From assembly GCF_001194135.2 (NCBI RefSeq), contig NC_068994.1, positions 21,326,807 through 21,390,806 on the forward strand: 64,000 nt of DNA, written 5' to 3'. A model generated the notes under the pieces. That model searched no databases, was not told the origin of the DNA, and worked only from the letters and a program-made list of their open reading frames with translations. This DNA comes from Octopus bimaculoides. Its lineage: Eukaryota. This document shows, one piece after another, positions 38,862-50,839 of the stretch (the first letter of the stretch is position 1; every line of letters begins with the position of its first letter). A program made the position numbers and the translations under genes.

Positions 38862-39562
38862 ATAGAACATTTAGCATAACAAGATCAAGCCAAAAATATA
38901 AATAAAAATTTTAAAAAACATTATCAATAATAATAATAATACATACATAAAAAAGTCTTCAACTTTCTGTTTAACAAGACATACACACATCAGTAATCAA
39001 GAAGGTATGTATATGCTTGTTTGTATGTGAGGAAATAGAAGCATATAATTTATCAATGTGAATGTGTTAATATGTTGCACAAATGCATGTATATACATAG
39101 ATGCATTTACAGATGAACATACATATACAAACACAGACACACTTTATACACATACATACCATTTTAACAGCTCATAGATACAATCAACAACACCTAGGTT
39201 GACAAATGGTGTATGCTATTCCACTGAAATATAAAATCTGCTTGTGTTTTTTTTTTAATAAGAAACAGAAAAAAAAAGTAAAAAACACCAGCTAGTTAAT
39301 TTTGGTAGCCATGGGCAACTTGATAATACATATATTTTTTTGTAGCTATTGGGAGTGGAAGTTGAACTTGTGCAGTTTCAATAAAGCTATGAATAGAATA
39401 TGCCTGCAGAACAACAGACAGAAATTATGGACACATGTAATGCCATATAAGTAAGCCATCCCTCAACGTTGCAAAATAGTCACTGTCACCCAGAATTATG
39501 TAACCATGCCATTACATACACACACACACACACATACATGCATGTGAGTGTGTGTGCGCGTA

Positions 39563-39613
<51 letters not shown>

Positions 39614-41664
39614 GCGAATATTTCACACACACACACAAATATATAAACATATTCAAATATTACAATCAACATATCTTGCATGCTACTATGCAAATGTATG
39701 TATAAGCATCTCTCATGTTACGGAAGCATTATATTCACCCAAATTTTGCCATAAATGTGAAATTTTGTATCATGAAACATATTTTCCCACAACTTCCATG
39801 TGACATGGAAGTTAATGGGAAACAGGTTTCACAAATGCAATGCTTTTGTAACATAAGGAATGCCTGTACACTTGTATGTGTGTGCACACCATCCACATAT
39901 AATCTAAGTGAAAGGAATGGCATGGCATGATGTGGTTCAAGAGTAGATTTACTAGAAATGAGCTTTTCTAACAAACCTTACTCCATGAATCCAATAAAAT
40001 TAATTAGATTAGTCAGAAGTAAGACTGCCTAAACAATGGTCTCCATGGGTTAAAGATCAAGCCAACTAAAGTCTAAGACCAAACTAGTTGCATCAAGGGG
40101 AGTATAATTTCTTCTCCTGACACTTCCAATATCTAGAGGTGAAACCAAACAAACTGATCAAAGATGTAGCTACCCCCATTTTGAAGTTCATAAGTTGAAA
40201 GTCAGTCAAGAAAAATCTTATATGCTTATTTTTAGTGAACTCCATCTCACTTTGATAAACAGTTATAAAACATTTTTACTCCAACATTGCATAATCTACC
40301 AAAGACAACAGCTTCTACTGTTCACAGAATCTAGAGGCATCTAAACACAAAGAATGGTAGTATTGGTCACTGAGTTGGAAAGAACTGGTAACACTGCCAA
40401 TAAAGATGCTTCAAATACATTTTCTTGGGAAAGATTCAGTGAAGTAGTTCTCTGAGTTGATATAAAGACTAAACAATGTCTCCAGACCTGTTTACATATT
40501 TCTGGCAGCTATGTGAACTGAGTCCAAGTTAAGCTCCATAGCTAGAAGCACAAGGCATTGCAGCAGGTTTGGAACTCACAATAAATAAGTCTGTCAGTCC
40601 AATACCTTTTCTGCTTAGTTATTTCATCTCTGGCAATATAGAATATATCAACAGTCTATAAAAATCATTATATCTACTGGTTCAATAATTAAGTTGTTGC
40701 TGTTGATATAGTTGCTTTTGTTGGCAGTAATAGTAGTAATAATATAGTTGAAGTTTTTAACACATTTTCTGAATATTTTTCATTTAAAATATATAACATA
40801 GCTTTGGTTCATAATGACACATCCCTCATCTCCCAAATCCCAGACATTGAACATGTTTTAGGTTTGGGATTTTAACTTTTCCATTCAAATTTGTGTTCTT
40901 AGAGAGAAGAGCAAGTTTCTATCTTTGTTATTAGTTTCAGTTAATTTTATATTTTGTTCACTTCATTTGTTAAGCCAATTGTTACATTGCTGGACATACT
41001 TGGAATATATTATGGTAAATGAAATTCATTTTACAGAATTATCATCGTCATTACTATTATTATTATTATTACTATTAATGGTGGTATAGTTGATAGTAGT
41101 AATATTAGTTTCAACAAATGGCAGTATGTGAGAGGAACTGGCAAGTACCTAGAGAAATGCAAATATGCTTGTGCACACATCTATGCATATACTCTAAGCA
41201 AAATAAAAATATTACAAAATAAAAATGCATAAAAAAATAAAAATATAATACTTTAAAAAAAACTTTGAAGAAAGGATGAGTGTGACTGAGTGAGCAGAAA
41301 AAGAGGCCAGTTATAATATAACCCATTTGTCTTCACAATCAAGAGACCAAATTTTTAAGGTTGATCAAATATAGAGTTATCAAAATATTGGCCTGACCAC
41401 AAATATTTAAAAAAAAATTAAAAAAAAAAGAAAGAAAAAAAAACCTTGGGAGGAATTGTTTTATATGTAGCAGACTTTAAAGACTGCTGCAATAGTTTTC
41501 TTCTAAATGAAGTGCCAAAATTGGTTGTAGAACACTTGAATTGTTTTACCAAGTCNNNNNNNNNNAGGAATTCAAGTTCTTGTATCTTTCCATGAGTTAC
41601 AAGTTTTTTGTTTTTTTTTTGCAATGAATTTGCTTATACATATAAAACAAAAATAAATAACAAC

Positions 41665-41706
<42 letters not shown>

Positions 41707-42277
41707 TAATATACACACACACACACACAAATATATATACATACATACATGTGCATACATAAATATATATATATATATATTTATGCTTATGTATGTGTGT
41801 GTGCGTGTGTGTTAAACTCCACACATATACCTATATATTTATAATGAAAAGTAAAAACACTTTAAAAAAATAATACCTAAAATATAATTTAAAAATTTCC
41901 AAAGAATACAAAAAGGAAAAAGGTTTCTCATTAGAAAAACAAATTCAATGCCTCCTAGTAGTAATATAAGATCGCAATGAATGAAAACAAGCAAGCAAAG
42001 ATGTTGCCAGATTAATTTGTTCTCCGATAGCTAGTGTTCAGACGATAACCGGATAGGGTTAACAATGGAAAGTTAGCCAAATACATTGATCTGTCTGGCA
42101 ATGCATCTAGACGCCGAGCTATCATTCCAGGCTTTTTTCATTTTTCTTTTGCTTCCTTTTTCTTCTTCTTCTTCTTCTTTTTCTAAAACATTTGTGTTCA
42201 TCCATCTAGAACTCAATTCTACTTCTTTCAAATACAGCCAACATGGACTGGTATTTTGATGTGTTGGCATGTCCGAA

Positions 42278-42505
42278 CTAGCACCATCGGAAAGGGACAG
42301 CCCGTGGTCGGTCAGCCCCTTCTTTGACAAGTGGCTTGTGAAACTCTCGGCCAGGCCGTGTGTGAATGGTGGCCCAACAATTCTCACAATAGTACTGCAG
42401 ACAAGTCACATTGGCACAGAAGAAGGGGGCAAATTTTCCCCCACAGCGAGCTCCTTGACACTCATCACACATTTGGTCATCTAAGACGTAAGGCTTCACC
42501 TCGAC
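42278..42505 (-). CDS. CPEB2/3/4: CPEB2/3/4 last coding exon, 228 nt including TAG (ZZ-type zinc finger): VEVKPYVLDDQMCDECQGARCGGKFAPFFCANVTCLQYYCENCWATIHTRPGREFHKPLVKEGADRPRAVPFRWC*
   Basis: Acceptor tgtgttgtag|GTC; Cys/His ZZ pattern; C-terminus matches my recollection of the Orb2-type end GADRPRAVPFRWC. Confidence 0.97.
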   Translation of the reverse strand, partial: VEVKPYVLDDQMCDECQGARCGGKFAPFFCANVTCLQYYCENCWATIHTRPGREFHKPLVKEGADRPRAVPFRWC

Positions 42506-42972
42506 CTACAACACAATATAATTGAAAATAGACATTGGTGAAAAATGTAATATGGCAGCAGAAATATAATAAAAGGAATAGTTATTTAGAAAAAAATGTA
42601 ATGTTGAACATTTTATCTGTTATGTAATTGTTTTGCAAGATTCCTGATGTGAAATTGTGTGTTGAAACAGATACAGTTATATTTGGGGGGATGGTCTTCT
42701 TGTTTCCCACTCCAATCTGTTTCCAAGTAAAATAATATTTCCCTTGGTCTGTTGAACATGACAATAACAACACATGATTTCACAGATGATTGCAAATGAA
42801 CAACACCATTTGTATAATGATGTCATTTCTTTACAACTATCACAGGATGTCACACACACAAATATAAATTGTACCGTTTACTTGTTGATAAGACTTACAA
42901 AAAAATTACTCAATCCAGTGAGAAATAAATATCATTTAATGAATACAGGCATTGTATGTTACATATACATAT

Positions 42973-43004
<32 letters not shown>

Positions 43005-43439
43005 TTTGCTCCCGCTTCACTATGATTACTTGCTGCTATTTCTATTTGCTATGGCAAAATCGTCCATTTCATTTGACCATTTCTGGTTGTAGATTATATA
43101 AAGGACCTTTAGCACATGGTTTTTCACATTCATGCCACTTACTTTACTGTTGTTGACACTTCTGATATGCACAGCTAAGAATTTCTCTCGATTTAAATCG
43201 TTTCATTCATTCATCTAACCTGTATTACTAACATGTACTTTTGTAACTTGTAATTATTTAAATCAATACTTCAAATAACTTTCATATTGTAATTCCCTAC
43301 AACCTTAGTTTTCTCTCCCTGTTTCATAATGTTTTCATCACTGTTCTATAAAATTTGTAAGCATCTTGTTTTACTTATGTCTCTCACTATTGCCATGTTT
43401 CTCCCATTTGTAGGCACTCTTGTTTTAAACTGGTCATCA

Positions 43440-43640
43440 AGCCAAGTAGAACTGCAGTCATGGCAGAAACCAGTGTCATGCAAATGGCACCCATGCTGGT
43501 GGCATGTAAAAGCATCCATTACACTTTTGGAGTGGTTGGCATTAGGAAGGGCATCTAGCCATAGAAACCATGCCAAAACAGACTAGAGTCTGGTGCAGTC
43601 TTCCAGCTTGTCAGCCCTGGTCGAACCGTCCAACCAATTC
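43440..43640 (+). mobile_element. RTE 3'-tail fragment in the last CPEB intron
   Basis: gagtggttggcattaggaagggcatctagcc...ccgtccaacc matches the RTE tail copies at 1-4544. Confidence 0.8.
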
Positions 43641-43659
43641 AGAAGGTCCTTAAGCTTCC

Positions 43660-44205
43660 AGATCCTTCTTTTTCATGCTGGTCGTCTTCTGGGCAGCCAT
43701 TTAGCCCTTGTCCTGAAGTCGCTAACTACTAACCTATGTTGTGGGGTGCATTCTTCAGCTGGGAAAGTTTTGGCATTTATAATTAGCCATCTTTCCTATT
43801 TCCTGGCGAGAATGCAGTCAATCTGACTAGTGTGCCCAGTAGACTGGTAGGTGAACAGGTGACTGGCAGATTTCCTGAAGTTAGTATTACAGATCATAAG
43901 ATCATTTGCATCACAGAACTCTAGCAGCCTGGTTCCCTCCTCATTGTGGGAACCAAATCTGTAGCCACCATGTACACCATGGAAGCTCCCTGGATATTGT
44001 TCAACATGCCTGTTGAAATCACCAGCCACAAAGAGAAGCTCTTTGTCATTTGTCAAAGAGGTAGTCTGCAAGAGGGTGTCATAAAACCAGTCTTTCTGTT
44101 CATCAGGTAGCTCTGGCCGAGGGGCATAAGCCAAGATAATGGTTGCTAATCCATGTTGCAGTGCAAGTCTAAGCTTAAGTATTTTATCACAGACTCTGAT
44201 CAATA
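43660..44205 (-). mobile_element. RTE LINE AP-endonuclease fragment
   Basis: IILAYAP...VAGDFNRHV...NEEGTRLLEFCDANDLMICNTNF...QIDCIL are APE motifs of RTE elements. Confidence 0.9.
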
Positions 44206-44494
44206 CATATTACACTTGTCAATAGAACCATCTCCATTAACATCCGACTATAGATATCAGACAGCCAGGAAACCTCCTTTATTAAGAATACAATAACAGT
44301 AAGTTGTTTTTGTTTGGGACCTAATATTTGCTTGCAATGAAGAACAGGGGAAAAGATTAATATAAAAAAAGAGTTACAATAATGTGAAATTAGAATAACT
44401 TATGTCTGTTAATGAAAACAGTTGGCTTTTGCATTACTTTTAGGATAACCCTCATGCACATACACACACACACACACACGAGTGTGTGTGTGTG

Positions 44495-44783
44495 TGATCA
44501 ACTCGCCTGTCAAAGACAACATATGAATGTTCAGCTTTTTGTCAAATGACCTGCATAAATGATTTGTTTATAGTGATCAAATGTTTTTGTTGCACATTAG
44601 CTCACTCTCTCCATCAAGTCAATGTTGTCTGAACAGGAGCACAGTGTACCATGTGTCAGGTGTTGAAGGGATCTCAAAGTAATGCGAGATGAAGCATTTT
44701 GCTCAAGAACACAACGTACCACCCAGTCTAGGAATTGTAATCATGATCCCATGATCGTGAATGCAACATCGTAACCACCAGGC

Positions 44784-44790
<7 letters not shown>
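44495..44790 (-). mobile_element. tRNA-derived SINE
   Basis: Minus-strand head atggcctggtggtta...gattacaattcctagactggg...gtgttcttgagcaaaa, bounded by (TG)/(CA) repeats. Confidence 0.75.
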
Positions 44791-44832
<42 letters not shown>

Positions 44833-44987
44833 GCGTGCATACATAACGTAGGAAAATGGATTGAGAGAATCAAGCAGAATTCACAGTATGCAGTCCTGCA
44901 AAGAATCAGCTATCAGTTTACACAGTAATTATATTACAGTGTAGTTTAACTTGCCCATGCAACTGAAAATCCAGGATGCTCCATATA

Positions 44988-45548
44988 CAGTAATACCTAA
45001 CTTTACAAGGACCCACTTTCCAAGACTCTGGGTTGGCAAGTTTTATTTTTCAGCTCACTTTTGTATGGTGAGCTGAAATTTTTCAAGCACAAGATCCAAA
45101 TTTTGAACGAAGTGCAAGTTTCTACTACTATAACAAATGCTTCTGCAGGTTACCAAAAAATTTATAGAGAGCGAAAAAAAGCTTCTAAGCAAGCAACTCT
45201 AGACTTGTTTTTTAAAAAGAAATCTACAAGTCTGGTGATGGCGTGTGCTGGTGTGCATGAGTCTAGTGCGAGTGAAAGTGATTCAGAAAACGGTTATGAT
45301 AATAATATTTTTTATCATAAATGATCTTGACATTCTTTTTATTTTACATAAAATCTTCTTTACATTCTACTGTTGTTTTATTGCCATTTATTTACGTGTA
45401 TTATAAATTTTGTAGGTAAAATATTTTTCTGGGAATGAATTACAAATTATAACATTGCTACTATGAGAAAATATTGCTCTGCTTTATGGGTTTTCGCTTT
45501 ATGAGCAGTGTCCAGGAATAAATTAGCTCACATATTGAGGTGTTACTG
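44988..45548 (+). mobile_element. Internally deleted Tigger/pogo-like DNA transposon
   Basis: Terminal inverted repeats CAGTAATACCT / CAGTAACACCT (10/11), TA on the left flank; remnant ORF ending YQKIYRERKKASKQATLDLFFKK, a QxxLxxFF C-terminus typical of Tigger transposases. Confidence 0.75.
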
Positions 45549-46527
45549 GAATATTGTGGATATATTTAGGATTCAACTCTATTACACAATCAAAACCCAC
45601 TCTTCTATACATTGTGTGGAAGGGAAAAATTCAAAGTTGGTACAATAATTGAATTTGTATAATTAGATATTTTACTATGTAAAGCAAACAAAACAAAATA
45701 TAGGGTATTTGAACTAAATTTGACAACTTTCACCTCTCCTTTTATTTTCAGGAAGAGCTTGATGTATTGCTGAACAGAAAAAGTTTTGTGAAATTCTGCT
45801 ATGCAGGGCTTCTTAACCTAAAAAGTAAATTTATTTTGCCATTTTTAAGCTGGTAATGTCAACAACATGTTTTAGTAACTGCGTTTGATGTAAGCAAAGC
45901 TTGAATGAGCACGTGTGGTTGAGAAAGACAGAGAACTAAGGGGAGTTAATTCACTGAACAGCAAATATAAACAGTTTTTTTACAACTAACAAAAATCCCA
46001 TAAACCAAAACATCTATTAAAGACAGGTTTAAATTACCAGTGTTCTATGGAAAAGCATATTTCAGTTCATACAGCTGAAAATTTGGTACAACTTTAATCT
46101 GGTGGTGGAGTGACCCAATTTAGAGCTAGCAATATAAGCTTACAATAGAGCTTGCCTTCATAGCCCCATATTTCTATTGTATTATCTTATCTAATATAAT
46201 ATTACTACAAACCAATATTATCATATGTGATGCAACTATTTCCTCTCTACTTACATCAGACCTGACTATACTGCAGTTCATAGAAGAAATAACAGCTAAA
46301 GTACAAACAGAAAATTATAATGCAGACCTCTAAGTATGCTGATTACTTTATAACCCTTTCATGTAATAGAAAAGGAGAAAAATGAATATGAACATGTTAA
46401 TATATAAAAAAAAAATATTTATATTATATACAGATTTATTTATATATTTGCATACATACCAAACACATTTTTATACTTTCAGATCTTGCATACCCAAATA
46501 GAGCAAAAAAGCAATATCAACACTCAC

Positions 46528-46709
46528 CCTCTTGTCAATATCGGCATGTTGCAGTTGAACAAAGCGAGCACTGATTGCAGCAATGTAACTTTGCTGGTTT
46601 GAGAAAGCTACACGGCCAGCTCCTTTAGGGTATTTTAATTCAGGATCAGTGTCAATGCCTGCATAACAAACACCTCCATAAAGACGATCCATGATCAAAG
46701 CTAACTCCA
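46528..46709 (-). CDS. CPEB2/3/4: CPEB2/3/4 coding exon, 182 nt, phase 1-0 (RRM2): (L)ELALIMDRLYGGVCYAGIDTDPELKYPKGAGRVAFSNQQSYIAAISARFVQLQHADIDKR
   Basis: Acceptor ctctttttcag|TG, donor AGG|gtgagt; near-invariant RRM2 sequence. Confidence 0.97.
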
Positions 46710-46784
46710 CTGAAAAAGAGCAAAGTGAGATTCTCCATAAAACTCAGTCAGATATTCAGAGTAAATCATAACTGTAATAGGATG

Positions 46785-46980
46785 GTAGGTGGCAGAATCG
46801 GTTGAGTATCAGTTTAAGTCTCTTGTTACAATTAGTTCAAACTCTCTTTATAGTTGATTTTACATCTCATCCAATGAAGAGATGTAATTTCATAACATAT
46901 GGGGGTGGTTAAATTAACTGTCCCCTCTCCCAAATTAATCAATTTGTGGCCTTGCACCCATGCCAGAAATCATCATTATC
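46785..46980 (+). mobile_element. Diverged tRNA-derived SINE
   Basis: ggtggcagaatcg head, tagttcaaactc B-box remnant, tcccctctcccaaa...ggccttgcacc 3' part. Confidence 0.6.
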
Positions 46981-47068
46981 ACAATTATCTATTAAGTTCT
47001 TGATGTGTTTTCAATATCTGCCCTTGACTGTGTCAATGCTCTAAGCTTAATACAATTGTCTTTTTTTT

Positions 47069-47150
47069 AATTAACTTTCTTGTCTATTACTTTTAATTAC
47101 CTTCATGGAGTTAACAGAAAGGTAATTAAAGATAGACAAGAAAGTTAATT
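47069..47150. repeat. Palindromic (MITE-like) element: 19-bp perfect outer stem plus ~13-bp inner stem
   Basis: aattaactttcttgtctat (47069-47087) is the exact reverse complement of atagacaagaaagttaatt (47132-47150); diverged second copy at ~49351-49430. Confidence 0.85.
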
Positions 47151-47974
47151 ACCTTCAAAAATGCAGTTGTTTATCATGTTTTGTGTTTATAATAATAATT
47201 ACTGCATATTTCTGCAATTAGTCAACTTATATGGTTCCCTCAATAATGTTAATTACCAAGTATTCAGGGTGACCTGTACATATACAGCCCTAAATTCTAT
47301 TTCTATTCATTATAATTCTTGAGGTTATAAGTATTGAAAAGTTTTTCTTGAGAATATTCAATGCTAATGACTTGGTTCTCAAAATAAGATCTATCGAAGT
47401 ACTGTAAGAAAAGTTCAAAACTTAGAAAAATGATAAAGAGTTTGAAGACCAAATTCTCAATTAATAACAAAAGCATGAAGTCTCAGTGCTAAGATATTGG
47501 TTTACTTGATATGTAGGAATTTGATACTCTGTACTTTGCCTTTCATTCTTTTGGGGTCAATAATGTAAGTACCAGTTGATCACTGGGGTAAATGTAATTG
47601 ACTAGCTCATTCCCACAGTAGAAAAGACTATCATGATTCATATACTAGTAGTTCAGTTACTACCACACCTTACATTTCTTCAAAACTTAAAATACTTATA
47701 ATAGTTTGCATAAACAAACTGGTAGACATAACCTCAATACAATCAATATGGATAAATTTTTCATCTTCTACAATTTCAAATTTAAAATATATACTTTTAA
47801 TATGTTGAATTAAATCTGTGCTCAGACAGAAAGCAAGCAAGCTAAACAATGAGCTTTGTTTAAGAAGTACAATTCAATGGCTGTGGATAAACCCAGCTTC
47901 TGAGTTTATGGTTAATAGCTCAGAACCATAAACACATATGAACAACCTTACCCTCTTTCTCTCTCTCTCTCTTT

Positions 47975-48925
47975 TACTTGTTTCAGTCATCCGACTGTGG
48001 CCATGCTGGAGCACCGCCTTTAGTCAAGAAAATCGACCACAGGGCTTATTCTTTGTAAGCCTAGTACTTATTCCATTGGTCTCTTTTTGCCGAACCGCTA
48101 AGTTACGAGGACGTAAACACACCAGCATCGGTTGTCAAGCGATGGAGGGGGGACAAACACAGACACACACACACACACACACACACACANNNNNNNNNNN
48201 NNNNNNNNNNNNNNNNNNNNNNNNNNNNNNNNNNNNNNNNNNNNNNNNNNNNNNNNNNNNNNNNNNNNNNNNNNNNNNNNNNNNNNNNNNNNNNNNNNNN
48301 NNNNNNNNNNNNNNNNNNNNNNNNNNNNNNNNNNNNNNNNNNNNNNNNNNNNNNNNNNNNNNNNNNNNNNNNNNNNNNNNNNNNNNNNNNNNNNNNNNNN
48401 NNNNNNNNNNNNNNNNNNNNNNNNNNNNNNNNNNNNNNNNNNNNNNNNNNNNNNNNNNNNNNNNNNNNNNNNNNNNNNNNNNNNNNNNNNNNNNNNNNNN
48501 NNNNNNNNNNNNNNNNNNNNNNNNNNNNNNNNNNNNNNNNNNNNNNNNNNNNNNNNNNNNNNNNNNNNNNNNNNNNNNNNNNNNNNNNNNNNNNNNNNNN
48601 NNNNNNNNNNNNNNNNNNNNNGCGGGTGACACGTAAAAGCACCCACTACACTCTCTGAGTGGTTGGCGTTAGGAAGGGCATCCAGCTGTAGAAACTCTGC
48701 CAAATTAGATTGGAGCCTGGTGTTGCCATCCGGTTTCACCAGTCCTCAGTCAAATCGTCCAACCCATGCTAGCATGGAAAGCGGACGTTAAACGATGATG
48801 ATGATGATATACGACAGGCTTCTTTCAGTTTCCATCTACCAAATCCACTTGCCCAAGGTGCCACACAGTGGGACTGAACCCGGAACCATGTGGTTGGTAA
48901 GCAAGCTACTTACCACACAGCCACT
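47975..48925 (-). mobile_element. SINE interrupted by an RTE 3'-end insertion (and an N gap)
   Basis: Head ggctgtgtggtaagtagcttgcttaccaaccacatggttccgggttcagtccc at 48925-48870; tail at 47975-48170; colinear with the intact copy at 57720-58105. Confidence 0.8.
48622..48808 (+). mobile_element. Young RTE 3' end nested in the SINE
   Basis: Near-identical to 200-384, with (GAT)n tail. Confidence 0.9.
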
Positions 48926-48948
48926 CGGATAAAGAGAAAGATACTTAC

Positions 48949-49063
48949 ATGCTCTTAGTGGTCTTGGAACTCCACCAACAAATATTGTTTTACGCGGATC
49001 CAATGGTTGGCTACCATCCATCACAAAATCTGAATCACTCAAGTTCCATGGTCTAATTTGGAC
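48949..49063 (-). CDS. CPEB2/3/4: CPEB2/3/4 coding exon, 115 nt, phase 0-1 (start of RRM2): VQIRPWNLSDSDFVMDGSQPLDPRKTIFVGGVPRPLRA
   Basis: Acceptor ttttatttattttttag|GTC, donor GCAT|gtaagt; matches the conserved CPEB2-4 sequence. Confidence 0.97.
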
Positions 49064-49717
49064 CTAAAAAATAAATAAAAGGTAATGTTTTTAGAAAGTA
49101 AGCATTAACTTCTTTTTATTTTGGAGAGGAAGATGTCAATTTGATATTTATTTTTTTTCGAACTCTGAGAAATAAAAGGTTAATAAATATTTAGTCTGTC
49201 ACTATTTTATAGAAATTAGCTGCCTTTTAAAAGAACCATTTACTTTACAAAATAAAATTTTAAAGAAATTATTAAAAAAAAATTAATCAGAAAACTCTAC
49301 ATGTGCAATGGAATTTTCATAGAAATATAATCTTGTAGTTTATTTGAGTCATTGTCTTTTTTTAATTAACTTTCTTGTTTGTTACCTTTAAGTACCTTTT
49401 TGTTTCTAAGAAACAGAAAGGTAATGAAAATGATTTAACAATACAGAACTGGAGAAAAATAAATTTAATGAATAATTTTACTTCAGTAAATTTCAATTGA
49501 GAACTGAAAAAATTGAAACAGTAAACCATAAAACTGTTATAATATATACGTTGTGGTAACAGGGTGGACAGTGATATAGAAATGAAGCCTTAGAAAATAT
49601 TTATGTATCCTGTTGTACAATAACAATGTTATATATGCTATAAGAATTCAGTTTCCAACCTAGTCCTGGACCCATTTCCTGTTGTCTCTTTAGGAAACCA
49701 ACTTTTGCTGTACTTAC

Positions 49718-49836
49718 AGGTTTATCTTTCATAGTAGGACTGGACACACACCAGTATAGTTTATCATCATCAGTGATGCAGGCTTCAATCAATGACTGCA
49801 CAGACATTTCATCTTGAAACAGCAGAAAGCAATAGC
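49718..49836 (-). CDS. CPEB2/3/4: CPEB2/3/4 coding exon, 119 nt, phase 1-0 (RRM1 RNP1 to linker): (G)YCFLLFQDEMSVQSLIEACITDDDKLYWCVSSPTMKDKP
   Basis: Acceptor ttttctctttctttgttag|GC, donor CCT|gtaagt; family-typical sequence. Confidence 0.97.
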
Positions 49837-50839
49837 CTAACAAAGAAAGAGAAAATCAAACAATCTTCAGCCAGTCACTAGTAAACTATATGAACTTATC
49901 AAAATTGTTGAGGTATAAGGTAGGTAATGTTAGGTATTAAATGAGAAGTTGAATGGGTTCTTTTTCAGCTGTGGCCAACAAGTATTTCAAATGATTGGTG
50001 ATGATTGTTAGGATGATGTGTGATGGTTGATGATGATGATTATGGTTATAAAGATAACAACAGCAGCCATATTGCTGAGAATGATGATCAACTTATGATA
50101 ATTTTGATACTGACAATTTTGGGGAAGTTTTGTTCTGACAGACAATTTATAAACAATGTTTTTCTTTTTCCATTTCTACCACATTGCAGGATGTTAACTA
50201 ATTTCATCATTACACTCTTCAACATCTAACAATGAAGTATACTGTCACATTTGGTGTTGAGTAGAGGACCTGACTATGTTTGTTGTAGATGTCTATGTTA
50301 CAAATACCCCAAGAAAAGTAGATCTAAAATTCTTCTCAAAGTCTAATCTAACCAATAGGACTTGAATATATCATCAGGTGTAGGTGTGATGGGCTAAGAT
50401 ACTCCTTTCCATTTCCAGTAAGGAAATTCTTTCAATTATCAATTTGTTTTAAGTTAAAAAAGAAGCTAAGATTTCTTTGTGAGCTGAATAGAATAACTTT
50501 TGCATCATTAGATTTCACCATCAACATCATCAACACCACAATTTAACATCTGTTTCTCAAGAGAGGAAACTCATCAAAACAGTACAGATTAAGCAAATTC
50601 ACAAACTGATCTAATTATTTTATCTCAATTTCTTTTGGCCTAAACCTCCTCAACAACTAGCTGTAGAGCTTTAGAAAATTAAAACATTTTCCATCTTTAA
50701 CTGTAGCAAAGTTGTTTAAAGTTAAATATATACTAGATAAAGTGGAAAACATATGTAATTACTATCTCAACACAGAAATATTTGTTTGGTTTGATGGAGA
50801 AAATTCTATATAAAATTTGAAGTTCAAATAACAGCTTAC

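Larger units (their letters stand above)
28715..42277 (-). promoter_or_regulatory. Putative extended 3'UTR of CPEB2/3/4 (up to ~13.5 kb; shorter ends possible)
   Basis: No further exons seen after the stop. Sustained U-rich blocks on the minus strand with many UUUUAU motifs. Candidate poly(A) signals at 38823-38828, 35056-35061, 30558-30563, 28976-28981 (AAUAAA) and 28738-28743 (AUUAAA). The extent is inferred. Confidence 0.4.

Noticed and set aside
42073-42387. 104-aa +1-frame ORF overlapping the CPEB last exon and running into the UTR
   Set aside because: No splice or skip event tested enters this frame without a prior stop. The Glu/Lys run comes from a (GAA)n repeat.
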